Part shown: piece after piece, positions 28,631 through 38,237 of the stretch | How positions within the stretch are numbered: position 1 is the first letter of the stretch | How the letters are laid out: each line of letters starts with the position of its first letter | Position numbers and translations under genes: made by a program | The notes under the pieces: model-generated | What the model saw: only the letters and a program-made list of their open reading frames with translations | What the model was told of the DNA's origin: nothing | Databases searched by the model: none | From: a virus | Lineage: Duplodnaviria > Caudoviricetes | Strand: one strand, 5' to 3' | Virus record (IMG/VR): IMGVR_UViG_3300028048_000038 | Location: 288,001-352,000 of that record | DNA length: 64,000 nucleotides

Positions 28631-29647
28631 TCATTTATTTACAGCCTTTATTGCGTTTTCAGAATTAACAATCAATTTTGCATTCCTAAAACCATGTAAT
28701 TCTTTAACACCAACATATGACATTGCAGAACGTAAATAGTCAATGAAGTTCTTTGTCCATCCTTCCATTGTGTATTCAACCTTTAAGTGTTTCATAAGCC
28801 CTTCACTTGTCTTGGTCTTAGCACCATTCAATGCAATCTGTCCTTGTCTTGATGCCATACCATAGAAAGTGGCAACCAATTCACCATTCTCATTCTTATC
28901 TTTTGGGGCAGCAGATTCAAGCATTTTAGCAAATACACTTCCTACCATAACGTAGTCTGACCCCAAAGCCAATGATTTTATAATATCAGAATAATTTCTT
29001 ATACCACCATCAGCTATTATATATGGGAGACATCGATAATCATCAGAGATTTCCTTCTTAATTTTTGCAATGTCATTAATTAAGGATGCTATCGGCATGT
29101 GGATTCCCGTATTACTAGTACTCAAACAGCCACAACCCGTACCCACAGAACATCTAACGCCCCAAAAACCATGTCTTGCATATTCTTCATACGTATTAGG
29201 GTTTGCAATATTTCCACCCATCAATAATAAATCATCACCATATATGCTTTTTGCCTTGTCTGCAAGGTCGAATATAACTTGCATATGACCGTTTGCAACG
29301 TCTATCAGAGCCTTTAATTTATGAGTGGTGGGCAATTTATCATCCTCATTGCAGAAAACGTCAGAGAACTCCTTTAAAGAGTATGCAGCCCATCTTCCTT
29401 TTGTGGAATAGAATTTCCTTGTATCCAATGGTGCTGTTCTAGGGAGTATGGCATTTATATGATTTTCTTCGAATAGGTTGAAATTATCTTCGCTAATAAC
29501 TGTATCCATTGGTGCTGTAAACAACGGTAACATGCCATCATTGTCCCAAGGTTCGCATTCTGAACGGTGTTTGATGTTGCTCACAACACTTGGGACAATT
29601 GTAACATCGTTATAGGTATAATATGTTCTATTTTCGATTAACCCCAT
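28631..29647 (-). CDS. IMPDH/GMP-reductase family enzyme, most likely GMP reductase
   Basis: YNDVTIVP, APMDTV, IDVANGH, GGNIA, VGTGCGCLST, IIADGGI, GSDYVMVGS, FYGMAS, SEG, LRSAMSYVG; no CBS domain, no RY flap. Confidence 0.85.
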   Translation of the reverse strand: MGLIENRTYYTYNDVTIVPSVVSNIKHRSECEPWDNDGMLPLFTAPMDTVISEDNFNLFEENHINAILPRTAPLDTRKFYSTKGRWAAYSLKEFSDVFCNEDDKLPTTHKLKALIDVANGHMQVIFDLADKAKSIYGDDLLLMGGNIANPNTYEEYARHGFWGVRCSVGTGCGCLSTSNTGIHMPIASLINDIAKIKKEISDDYRCLPYIIADGGIRNYSDIIKSLALGSDYVMVGSVFAKMLESAAPKDKNENGELVATFYGMASRQGQIALNGAKTKTSEGLMKHLKVEYTMEGWTKNFIDYLRSAMSYVGVKELHGFRNAKLIVNSENAIKAVNK

Positions 29648-30242
29648 TATAAATCCTCCTATTTCTTTTAACGCTATAATTTATTTCAAGCTCCTCATCT
29701 ATATTGTCTAGTTTTCTTATATAACAGAATGGCATGAAATCTCTTTTATTTTCCCAAACTTCACCATCTGTTCCTTCAACATGACCAGATAAATATCCAT
29801 CTTTGAGATTAATATTATCAACTATAACATTCTCAGTTCTTACATCACCCCAAAGAAAAGGGTTTTTATAAGATACAACGTCCCCTATTTTTATGGAATC
29901 ATTGTCCATTATTATATTTTTCGAAACGAAATAATTCCAACGCCTCATTGCTTTTCTGAAGTTCTCCGTAAACATCCCTTCTATTTGCGGAACATCCTTA
30001 TCATACTTATTGTAAACAAGATTACAATTATAAGAGTCAGCTATTTTATCCAATAATCCACAGAATCCACGACTTGCAATCAGTTCATGAATCCATTCTT
30101 CAAATGTCAGTCTGTTTACACAATCACCATCTACCCTTTTAAGTGCATATTTCCTAGGAGAACATACATAATACATTCCCCTTATGTTAGCCATTATTCC
30201 TTGTTCTTTACAAAACCATTTAAAAACTTGTACATCTGTCAT
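29628..30242 (-). CDS. hypothetical protein
   Basis: 204-aa ORF coupled to its neighbours. Confidence 0.6.
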   Translation of the reverse strand: MTDVQVFKWFCKEQGIMANIRGMYYVCSPRKYALKRVDGDCVNRLTFEEWIHELIASRGFCGLLDKIADSYNCNLVYNKYDKDVPQIEGMFTENFRKAMRRWNYFVSKNIIMDNDSIKIGDVVSYKNPFLWGDVRTENVIVDNINLKDGYLSGHVEGTDGEVWENKRDFMPFCYIRKLDNIDEELEINYSVKRNRRIYNGVNRK

Positions 30243-30802
30243 TTCTTATTATTGATTTGTAGGTATGTTAGTTCACTAGCTTGTCTTACGATTGTAGCCA
30301 TAATACTTGAATGCCAACGTGCTTGGTCATCTGATAAATCTCTATCATTAACTGTCATTGCTTCAATCTCTTCAGTTGTTAAAGGTATTCCACACTCAAA
30401 GCACATTGAAATTGAGTGTAAGCCAGTACGAATGGAAGGCAAATCATTATCATATTTGTAAATAAATCCACGTTTCTCGACCTCCCATTGATTATCATTT
30501 GGAATTAATCTAATTGCCTTTGCAATCTGATGCAAAAGGCATACCTTTACTAGAGTAGGTTTATCAACCCTTTTTTCCTCTGGAAGCAACTCATTCAGTT
30601 TCACTGCATATGGTGTAACCACCTTTAAAATAATCTCAAGCAGTGAACCATTATAAGCATTTCCAAACTCATTTGTTTGTGTGAAAGAACCATTCTTTAA
30701 AAGTTCCCCATACTTGTCAACCAAAATACTTGTATCGACACCAACTTGACCTAGCTTCTTAGCATAAAGCTCTAGGTTTTTTTCTCTTTGTTCGTCTGTC
30801 AT
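30239..30802 (-). CDS. HD-domain-like protein with degenerate HD motif
   Basis: AYNGSLLE..LVKVCLLHQIAK..GLHSI..LTTEEIEAM..IVRQA resembles the HD fold, with HQ in place of HD. Confidence 0.55.
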   Translation of the reverse strand: MTDEQREKNLELYAKKLGQVGVDTSILVDKYGELLKNGSFTQTNEFGNAYNGSLLEIILKVVTPYAVKLNELLPEEKRVDKPTLVKVCLLHQIAKAIRLIPNDNQWEVEKRGFIYKYDNDLPSIRTGLHSISMCFECGIPLTTEEIEAMTVNDRDLSDDQARWHSSIMATIVRQASELTYLQINNKK

Positions 30803-30805
30803 AAT

Positions 30806-31093
30806 TTATACTTTATAATGTTTAAAAAAATCTTTTAACAAAATATCATAGTTTGATAAATCGAAATGCGTACCTCTTCCACCTTCATCATTAAACCATT
30901 CCTTACGCATTATACCATCCTCATTCTTGTTTTTTATATAGTCGTATAAACATTTTAAACTATTCTGTGGATTAATATAAAATCTGAAATAATACTCAAG
31001 AATAGTGAACTTTTGCCAAAGCCCTTCTTTCTTAAGTTTTAAGGCAAATTTTCTGAACATTTCTCCTTTATATTCTCTTAATCCATCTTTCAT
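30806..31093 (-). CDS. hypothetical protein
   Basis: Start moved to ATG 31093, just downstream of the promoter. Confidence 0.55.
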   Translation of the reverse strand: MKDGLREYKGEMFRKFALKLKKEGLWQKFTILEYYFRFYINPQNSLKCLYDYIKNKNEDGIMRKEWFNDEGGRGTHFDLSNYDILLKDFFKHYKV

Positions 31094-31108
31094 TTTAACA
31101 CCTTTTTG

Positions 31109-31140
31109 CAAAGATATAAAAAATTTGTTAAAATTCCAAA
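31109..31140 (-). promoter_or_regulatory. Bacteroidota primary-sigma promoter
   Basis: TTTG-N20-TATCTTTG. Confidence 0.8.
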
Positions 31141-31173
31141 AAAAAATGGGAAGACTTTTTAGTCCTCCCATTC
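31138..31173 (-). terminator. intrinsic terminator
   Basis: aatgggagga..tcttcccatt plus a long T run. Confidence 0.7.
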
Positions 31174-31249
31174 TTTATTTAATATCGGTCATGTACCACG
31201 AACCATTCCCACCAATCATCTTCGAATAATCTATCTACAGTTTCTAAAC

Positions 31250-31405
31250 TCATATGTATTCTACGGTTTCAATAAATGCCTTATGTTCTCCATTCTCTCT
31301 GTCTTCCCACCAATCTAAGAGCCATTGTGGAGGTGTTAATGCAAATTCCCATCCACCTCTGTGCATAGGCTCATAGACTTTCTTTACAACATATTCAAGC
31401 TTCAT
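31250..31405 (-). CDS. small hypothetical protein (51 aa)
   Basis: Hand translation MKLEYVVKKVYEPMHRGGWEF..EYI*; followed by an ATGA-coupled 24-aa ORF (31253..31179). Confidence 0.4.
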   Translation of the reverse strand: MKLEYVVKKVYEPMHRGGWEFALTPPQWLLDWWEDRENGEHKAFIETVEYI

Positions 31406-31546
31406 ACCCTACCAAATCTGTTACATTAAGCTTTATTATTTCCCCATTATTATATCTAATCAATAGAAAAGTGCCATCAAATGACGTATCTACAATTAGA
31501 TTGTCATTAATTGGTGAATCGAAATTAAAAATATAATCAAAACTCA

Positions 31547-32737
31547 TTACTCATCAGATTCTTCTTCAGTAAATTGCACATCATCTTCTGTGATGTCAAG
31601 TTTCTTACCACTTGTTTCCTCAATCTTTGCTAGAATGTCTTTCATATAAGTTTTCTTGTATTCCTCTAAAGCCTTTGGATTTAATAGACCATTATGTACG
31701 CAAGACATTTCACCCTCATATGTTACATTCCAAGGTGTTGGCAACTGATTCTTCGTTGTTCTAATCTTTGTAGTGATGCCATATTGATATTTGCTGCCCT
31801 TTGCAGTAGCATCAAGCTTCTTTGTAGCAGCCTTACCAATACCACCCAAGTGAATAATTAATCTAGCGCCATAGAAGAATGTCTTACCACCCTTAAGTTC
31901 AATCGATGGAACGCCACCCATTGAATTCATTGAATCATTCCAAATCTTATTTACACAGAAGAATGTATTTGTAAACTCTTCACTAACCTTCTTTGAAGAT
32001 GGTATTCTATTGTTAATAATATTACTGAATGATTGAGAAATGGCACCAGCATCGAACATGTTATTACCACTCTTACTCTCAAGAGATTTAAATGACTGTA
32101 TAGAACCAATTGAGTCCCAAATAAAACATAATGGCTGATTAATCTCACCTCTTTCTTGTGCATCTAACAAGTCGTTAATTGAATAAGCAATATCTTCAAG
32201 AACTGCTTCCTTACGTTTTGTCTTACACTCCTTACCAGTTGAATAATCACGGTTTCCATACATTTCAGCTAGAATCTTATTATCGAAATACATAAATTCA
32301 CCATCGTAATTAATGATTCTATTTTCAGTATGATAAGTAACTTCACCAGTTTCTATATCGACATCTTCAACCTCAACATCGTCATATATAGGTGTTGCTT
32401 TCATACCGCAATCAATTGCATATTTGAAGTCGAAGTTATTCTCTGTTTCATATATAACTGGAATAATTCCATTGTTAATACAACTAGCAATAAGGCAATT
32501 CTTAATGGTTGACTTACCAGTGTTTGACCATCCAGTTACAATTGTAAGATAACCCTTTGGTATACCTGGAAGTTTAATCGCATCAGCAAATGCCTCTGGA
32601 AGTGGAATGAAATCTGTTGGTTTATCAGCAACAGACTTCACCAAATCCTTATCTGATTTCATTGTCAAACCATATTTTTCCTTAAAACTAGCAATACTTG
32701 GCTTCTTAAATTCTTTTTTCTTAATTGGTTGCTTCAT
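31547..32737 (-). CDS. RecA/UvsX-like recombinase
   Basis: GWSNTGKS Walker A, IYETE, FIWDSIGS Walker B, KGGKTFFY, TTKNQL. Confidence 0.88.
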   Translation of the reverse strand: MKQPIKKKEFKKPSIASFKEKYGLTMKSDKDLVKSVADKPTDFIPLPEAFADAIKLPGIPKGYLTIVTGWSNTGKSTIKNCLIASCINNGIIPVIYETENNFDFKYAIDCGMKATPIYDDVEVEDVDIETGEVTYHTENRIINYDGEFMYFDNKILAEMYGNRDYSTGKECKTKRKEAVLEDIAYSINDLLDAQERGEINQPLCFIWDSIGSIQSFKSLESKSGNNMFDAGAISQSFSNIINNRIPSSKKVSEEFTNTFFCVNKIWNDSMNSMGGVPSIELKGGKTFFYGARLIIHLGGIGKAATKKLDATAKGSKYQYGITTKIRTTKNQLPTPWNVTYEGEMSCVHNGLLNPKALEEYKKTYMKDILAKIEETSGKKLDITEDDVQFTEEESDE

Positions 32738-32740
32738 AAC

Positions 32741-32950
32741 TTAAAATTCTTTAACAATATTTTCAGTTGGGACTGAATAATACTTATTTTCATTTCTATT
32801 AAAAACTATAACGTCATTTAAAAATGTGTTTGAATCTACAACACCTTCTATAATCTCAAATCTATTTGGATTTTCATATTTATCTTTCCAATCATAATAC
32901 CATTTAAATTGAATTGGTGTTCCAATCTTATATTCACGCTTTAGTCTCAT
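32741..32950 (-). CDS. hypothetical protein
   Basis: 69-aa ORF with ATGA overlap. Confidence 0.55.
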   Translation of the reverse strand: MRLKREYKIGTPIQFKWYYDWKDKYENPNRFEIIEGVVDSNTFLNDVIVFNRNENKYYSVPTENIVKEF

Positions 32951-34011
32951 AAAACATTATTATTCAACATTTTATTTCTATCCTTATATTCTTTCAATTC
33001 ATTTTCTATTTCTTCTTCATCCCAAGTAATTATTTTTTTGAATACATTTCGATTTTCACCAACAACATATCGTTTGAAGTCCTTAAATGCTTTTGCAAGT
33101 GTTCTTTTATAATTTCTTTCAGCAAACATAACACCATATATTAGTCTAGTTCTGAATTTAAGAAGTGACCTTGATGGTGTACTTTGTATATCACCCATTA
33201 CAACTTTACAGATATTACCACATTCATTGACGAAATCAATATCCTTCAAATTACTATCAATTATTTTTATACCATTTTTCAAATTGATAATCAAATTATA
33301 TAAAGGCAATTCATTCTCTACATCGTGATATGAAAAACTATCAATTTCTTTGTGACTTCTCAGATACTCATATAATCTATTTGTTTCTGAAGATATTTCA
33401 TTTTTTTCAGATAAGTAATAAAGAGTGTTTATCTTATTTTGAATGGTATCTTCACCTTCTGAGTTCATAACTTTAGTCGCATTCCTATTCCTCCACATTT
33501 TCTTTTTTTCCTCGTCTTCGTAATTTGAATTATCAGATAATAATATACAATAAAACCTATAAATGTGTTGAAGTTCATGCGCCATTTCACTGTAGAATTC
33601 TTCTTTTCCTTTACTTGATTTTAGGTCAATATCTTGTATTCCAATTACAATAATGAAGTTTGATAGTTTATTTAGTTCTTTGTTGATTTTAGCATCTTGT
33701 CCATAAAAGTAGCTATTAACTTTACTTTTAGTTAAAACTGTTAATGATAAACTATCTATAAAACAATTTTGTTTCATTTTATAACCAGAGATATAATAGC
33801 TTGTATAGAATTTTTCACTATTAAATGGAACTTGTGCTGTATTCGATATTACATCATATAACTCATCTATAATTTGGACATAATCATCAATGATACCTTT
33901 TGTTTCATCAATCCTATTGAACTTAAAGAAATCTTCACCTTCAATAATTATTCCGCTTCCAAAATCATTAAAGTGGGCATAATCATCTATTGTATACTTA
34001 ACTGCTTCCAT
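32947..34011 (-). CDS. HExxH zincin-like hypothetical protein
   Basis: EMAHELQHIY..LYYLSEKNEISSE. Confidence 0.55.
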   Translation of the reverse strand: MEAVKYTIDDYAHFNDFGSGIIIEGEDFFKFNRIDETKGIIDDYVQIIDELYDVISNTAQVPFNSEKFYTSYYISGYKMKQNCFIDSLSLTVLTKSKVNSYFYGQDAKINKELNKLSNFIIVIGIQDIDLKSSKGKEEFYSEMAHELQHIYRFYCILLSDNSNYEDEEKKKMWRNRNATKVMNSEGEDTIQNKINTLYYLSEKNEISSETNRLYEYLRSHKEIDSFSYHDVENELPLYNLIINLKNGIKIIDSNLKDIDFVNECGNICKVVMGDIQSTPSRSLLKFRTRLIYGVMFAERNYKRTLAKAFKDFKRYVVGENRNVFKKIITWDEEEIENELKEYKDRNKMLNNNVL

Positions 34012-34621
34012 TTTCCTTTAACAATTTATCTCTAACCTTATCCTTCCAACATTTTCTGCAAATGGCTCTGTATTTCTCATTACCACCAATCTCCACTTGA
34101 CTACCCTCAGTAATAATCTCACCATTTTCATCGAATCTAGCATTGATTGAGGTCTTCCTATCACCACATTCACAAGTTGACTTTATTTCTTCTATATCAT
34201 CAGCTAGCTCAAAGAGTCGTTTGGAACCTGGAAACAGTCTTGATTGAAAATCTGTTCTAAGTCCGAAACACATCACATTGATACCTAAGAAATCAACAAC
34301 ATCTGAAAGCTGTTCCACTTGTTCTTCAGTAAGGAATTGACATTCATCTATTAAGACCCATTTAAGTGTTTCCAATTGTGCGTCTAAGACGTTCTTATAT
34401 GCCTTGATAGCCTTGTATAAGTTAATCTCATTGTCAATCATGATACACTTACGTTCAAGGCCAGCACGTGAACGAATAACTCCTTCACCGTCCCTTGTAT
34501 CTAATGATGGTTTAAGAACCATTATCTGCACACCTTTTTCCTCAAAGTTGTAAGCTGTTGTAAGGAGTCTAAGGGATTTTGCACTCCCCATAGACCCCCA
34601 AAAATAAAAAAGTTTGTTCAT
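33998..34621 (-). CDS. tdk: thymidine kinase
   Basis: GSMGSAKS, LIDECQFL, FGLRTDF..LFPGS..LAD, CECG, IGGNEKYRAICRKCW. Confidence 0.95.
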   Translation of the reverse strand: MNKLFYFWGSMGSAKSLRLLTTAYNFEEKGVQIMVLKPSLDTRDGEGVIRSRAGLERKCIMIDNEINLYKAIKAYKNVLDAQLETLKWVLIDECQFLTEEQVEQLSDVVDFLGINVMCFGLRTDFQSRLFPGSKRLFELADDIEEIKSTCECGDRKTSINARFDENGEIITEGSQVEIGGNEKYRAICRKCWKDKVRDKLLKENGSS

Positions 34622-34641
34622 ATTAATCGTAACATTGCCTA

Positions 34642-35637
34642 CTAGAATGGTAAATCATCATCGTCATCTTTGACATCATTACCATCGATTATATTTACAC
34701 CGCTAGATTCTGCTATATCAGAGAAATCCTTTGTTGGCTCTGTTAGAGCTTCATCGATTCTCTGTTTCTCAGCCTCTTCTTTAATTTTATCAAGTTCTTC
34801 CTTATCAATATACTTATTCTGTTCCTTGCTAAACATTGGAACACCACCCATTGCGATGATTGCCATGTACTCATAAGGCTTAACGGTGTATACCTCATCC
34901 CATTGTTTGCTATCGTGAATCCACTTCTCGCCAAGTTCGAAGTCATCTGAAAGCGGAGAAGGTAGACCTGCGTCAATAATCTGAATTGCTGTCTTATTAT
35001 CTGAGGTTCTTGAGAGGGTTACAACCAAATCAAGTCCATTGTTAAGGTCGAAAATGCTGTAGGTGTTTCCCTTCTTTGCTGCTGCTTCAGAACGAATCTT
35101 TGCCAAGTTCATAATCTTGTCATAAACTCCATCCTTCTTCTTTGAACTGTTGAAGAGCCAAAACTTAACCCCATCTTCCTCATGGTCACGCTCAATACAG
35201 CGCACAATCCACATTTCCTTAACACGATTAAGGAATTCAACATCACCGTACTTCTTCTTTGTAGGCTCATCAAGTGACTTGGACTTAAGTTCACGTGCCT
35301 TTGCAGATGTCTCACAGAATGGGCATTTATCACCCATTACAGAGCCATCTTTTTTGTTGTGTGTAGGGCACACGAAAGTCTTCCACCCACTAGGTGAAAC
35401 CTCCTTATTTACCTTAACGGTATGCATAAAAACTTTCTTGAATGGACTACCACCTTCTGGGGAGAATGGCAACAGTCTGATTGTAAGTGTCTTTGTGTCT
35501 TCGTTTGACCCAAGCCTAGCTTGTAAATAATTCTTAGTGTCAAACTGAGTCTTCTTAACAGGTTGTTTCTGTTCTTGTTCATACTGATTCTTTACTGCGT
35601 CATCATCAATGTTAACGCTAAAATTTTTGTTACTCAT
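34642..35637 (-). CDS. single-stranded DNA-binding protein (T4 gp32-like)
   Basis: IRLLP..PF..H..CP..CPFCE..VKFWLF..IFDL..G.DL; acidic tail DDDDDLPF. Confidence 0.85.
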   Translation of the reverse strand: MSNKNFSVNIDDDAVKNQYEQEQKQPVKKTQFDTKNYLQARLGSNEDTKTLTIRLLPFSPEGGSPFKKVFMHTVKVNKEVSPSGWKTFVCPTHNKKDGSVMGDKCPFCETSAKARELKSKSLDEPTKKKYGDVEFLNRVKEMWIVRCIERDHEEDGVKFWLFNSSKKKDGVYDKIMNLAKIRSEAAAKKGNTYSIFDLNNGLDLVVTLSRTSDNKTAIQIIDAGLPSPLSDDFELGEKWIHDSKQWDEVYTVKPYEYMAIIAMGGVPMFSKEQNKYIDKEELDKIKEEAEKQRIDEALTEPTKDFSDIAESSGVNIIDGNDVKDDDDDLPF

Positions 35638-35702
35638 AAATTGAATTGTTATTAAAAAAAATTATTTAAAATGCATGCCTAATACATGCTTAAAGTATAT
35701 TG

Positions 35703-35734
35703 CAAATATATAAAAAAAAATTGAAAAAACCAAA
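35703..35734 (-). promoter_or_regulatory. Bacteroidota primary-sigma promoter for the SSB-tdk-recA operon
   Basis: TTTG-N20-TATATTTG. Confidence 0.8.
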
Positions 35735-35772
35735 TTTTTCCACAGGTATCTTTCATAATATCTGTGGAAAAA
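35734..35772 (-). terminator. intrinsic terminator
   Basis: atttttccacaggtat..atatctgtggaaaaat inverted repeat. Confidence 0.7.
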
Positions 35773-35777
35773 TGTAT

Positions 35778-36023
35778 TTAAATTGCGTTAGAAGAATCAA
35801 CTAGGTTTTTAATGGCATTAAGGTGCTCATTTATCTGTATAACAATGCTGTTTGGTTCTTGTCCCAATCTATTGCACATTATCATATGGTCTCTAACAAC
35901 TTGAATTGCATCATCAATACTATATCCAATCTCATTGAATAAGTTTGATAAATCATCATTACCATATCCAATTTCTTTGATTAGCTTTTTATATGCTTCC
36001 TCTTTTAAATTAATCGTTTTCAT
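35778..36023 (-). CDS. small protein with N-terminal LKEE/LIKE tag
   Basis: MKTINLKEEAYKKLIKEIG. Confidence 0.55.
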   Translation of the reverse strand: MKTINLKEEAYKKLIKEIGYGNDDLSNLFNEIGYSIDDAIQVVRDHMIMCNRLGQEPNSIVIQINEHLNAIKNLVDSSNAI

Positions 36024-36889
36024 TAGAAATTGAACAATTTATCAAGTGTCTGGACATCATCATCGTCAATCTTGAAGAATGTCTTTGCGATGTCATCAGA
36101 TGGGTTATCTACATCATCGTTTGTGATTGTATATTCCTTGGTTGTAGGCTCTGCATTGTCTGAGTATGCCTCATACCCACCTTGCTTTGCCTTTTCATCC
36201 CAATACTCGTTTGGTTTAATGTTAAATGGATATGAATCTAGTGAACGCAAATTAAGCTTCTCAGTTTGAGTTGGATTTCTCTTCTCAAACTCAGCCTTTA
36301 AAGCTTCAATCTCACTATTGTTACTGTCAACCTTAGACAAAAGGTTATTGATAGTATCAATCAACGATGTAATTCTTGTATCGACCTTTGACAAATCTCT
36401 TCCGATATGGTTCTGCTTAACATTAAGTTTATCTTGTGCCTTTGTCAAACCATCGATGTCAATTGTCTCACCATCGTCCTCACTCATATCGCCACTAGCA
36501 TCAGCCAAAGGGTCTTCTCCACCCATGTTTGTACCTCCAATTGGGTCTGCCATTGGGTCAACTCCTGCATTTGGGTCTGCACCACCCATAGGGTCTGCGT
36601 CACCCATTGCATTTGGGTCTCCTACCATAGCGTTAGGGCCTTGAGGCATTCCTCCACCCATTGCATTTGGGTCTTGAGGCATACCGCCCCCCATTTGGTC
36701 AGCACCACCGCCCATCATTGGGTCTTGACCACCCATTGCATTTGGGTCTTGATTTGGGTCAGCACCAGCTTCCTCCAAGTCTTCCTCTGGGAACTGTGTT
36801 GGTATATATGCTTCGCTGAGACGCATAAAATGCTTATGTGCCTCATACAAATTATTTTCCTTAAGATACTTAACATTAGTCTTTGCCAT
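36023..36889 (-). CDS. acidic low-complexity plus coiled-coil protein, possible prohead scaffold/core protein
   Basis: YLKENNLYE..RLSE, DPNAMGG repeats, coiled coil, PTQTEKLNLRSLDSYPF. Confidence 0.55.
   Translation of the reverse strand: MAKTNVKYLKENNLYEAHKHFMRLSEAYIPTQFPEEDLEEAGADPNQDPNAMGGQDPMMGGGADQMGGGMPQDPNAMGGGMPQGPNAMVGDPNAMGDADPMGGADPNAGVDPMADPIGGTNMGGEDPLADASGDMSEDDGETIDIDGLTKAQDKLNVKQNHIGRDLSKVDTRITSLIDTINNLLSKVDSNNSEIEALKAEFEKRNPTQTEKLNLRSLDSYPFNIKPNEYWDEKAKQGGYEAYSDNAEPTTKEYTITNDDVDNPSDDIAKTFFKIDDDDVQTLDKLFNF
36530..36765 (-). repeat. degenerate coding tandem repeat (DPNAMGG/ADPMGG)
   Basis: cccattgcatttgggtc recurs three times, plus variants. Confidence 0.8.
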
Positions 36890-36896
36890 TGTTATA

Positions 36897-37142
36897 TCAA
36901 TCGTTCAAAAGTTCCTTATTATCCTCAGTCAAAATGGTCTTAGAACTCTCAGTTCTCTCGATAAGACCCTTGTCCTTCTTTACTCTCTTCACATGTGCTG
37001 ATGGTTCTGTACCATTAAGTACACTCTGTGCCATTGCTATCTTTTCGCTTGTAGTCATAACTTGCTTATTCTCTTCAATCTTATTTTCCACCCTCTTCTG
37101 AGGCTTCATACTGTTTATGTGTTTTATAATAAACTTTCCCAT
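36897..37142 (-). CDS. small hypothetical late protein
   Basis: GLIERTESSKTILTEDNKELLND; ATATTTATA motif 20 nt upstream. Confidence 0.6.
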   Translation of the reverse strand: MGKFIIKHINSMKPQKRVENKIEENKQVMTTSEKIAMAQSVLNGTEPSAHVKRVKKDKGLIERTESSKTILTEDNKELLND

Positions 37143-37174
37143 ACTCTATGAATTTATTTACTATAAATATCTCT

Positions 37175-37582
37175 TTAGTTGAAAAACAACGACTTATCCT
37201 CTATTTTGGATAGATTTGATATTGAAAGTTCCCCATTTGTTATGATTATAAGTTTGTCCTTATATTTGTCCCAATCGACAACAAATTCATTATTTGGTAA
37301 TTCAGAACCTTCATTGTCTTTCTCAATTAATTTATTGAGGGCATTGATGGAAAATAAACAACCATTCTTAACGTGCATAACAGTTGCATTCTCAAGATTC
37401 TTGATAAACCTATCCTTATCAAAAGTCTTGAATGTAACCAAATATTCACGCTTATTGGTATCAATTGAATAAATAAATAATTTATCAAGTCTTATACCAA
37501 AACCATTCTTGAGAGTTTCTATAAATGATAAAATTCTGTTTTTCTTTACAAATGTTCCAATTATTATTCCACGTTCTGCCAT
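37175..37582 (-). CDS. hypothetical protein
   Basis: 135-aa ORF; LFSINALNKLI..VDWDKY. Confidence 0.65.
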   Translation of the reverse strand: MAERGIIIGTFVKKNRILSFIETLKNGFGIRLDKLFIYSIDTNKREYLVTFKTFDKDRFIKNLENATVMHVKNGCLFSINALNKLIEKDNEGSELPNNEFVVDWDKYKDKLIIITNGELSISNLSKIEDKSLFFN

Positions 37583-37594
37583 TATTAACTATTC

Positions 37595-38182
37595 CTAACT
37601 AGATATAAAGTATGGAAGTGCATACTTCTTATTTCCAAGCTGTTTTGATAACTTGAAGATAAACTTCTTGTTATCCTCAATGATTTTGATTCCCTTAGAT
37701 TTAATCCTATCAAGAACCTTTACCATTGGTATACCACAATATTCCAACACAGTTAAAGATAATCCTAAGATTCTTCCCTCATGCGGAATATATAATATAT
37801 TCTTATTTAAATAAATATTTTTAATTTCTTTAGAATTTAATATAATATTATATAATTTCTTTATATTATTATATTTTAATTTAAATATATTAATATAATA
37901 ATATTTTATATTATTTAATATATTATTATATATTATATTATAGAAAATTTTCAAATCTTCTTCAAAGTCAGAACGACTCTCAGTTTTACTAAAAGTCCAA
38001 TATATGTTTTCATCAAGCTGTTTCTCCAAAATAGATGTGTACCTTGGGTCTTCCTTTGCTTTCTTCCAACCTACAATAAGTATAGGCTTCGTGGAGTCTG
38101 CCAATGAAATGTCATTAACTTGCTCCACAAAGCCATCAATGTTTGTAAGTTTCCTTTCCGTAACAATATAGCCTAAAATCAT
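37595..38182 (-). CDS. hypothetical protein containing an extreme AT-only segment
   Basis: Start moved to ATG 38182 after the promoter; KPILIVGW..WTFS. Confidence 0.6.
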   Translation of the reverse strand: MILGYIVTERKLTNIDGFVEQVNDISLADSTKPILIVGWKKAKEDPRYTSILEKQLDENIYWTFSKTESRSDFEEDLKIFYNIIYNNILNNIKYYYINIFKLKYNNIKKLYNIILNSKEIKNIYLNKNILYIPHEGRILGLSLTVLEYCGIPMVKVLDRIKSKGIKIIEDNKKFIFKLSKQLGNKKYALPYFISS

Positions 38183-38203
38183 AACACTTTTTACCAATTT
38201 ATG

Positions 38204-38235
38204 CAAAGATATATAAAAAATGTTAAAATTCCAAA
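38204..38235 (-). promoter_or_regulatory. Bacteroidota primary-sigma promoter
   Basis: TTTG-N20-TATCTTTG. Confidence 0.8.
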
Positions 38236-38237
38236 CT

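Noticed and set aside
6501-32737. Inteins or introns in the helicase or RecA
   Set aside because: Both ORFs are continuous with only short insertions; no C/S..HN splice motifs or LAGLIDADG blocks were seen.
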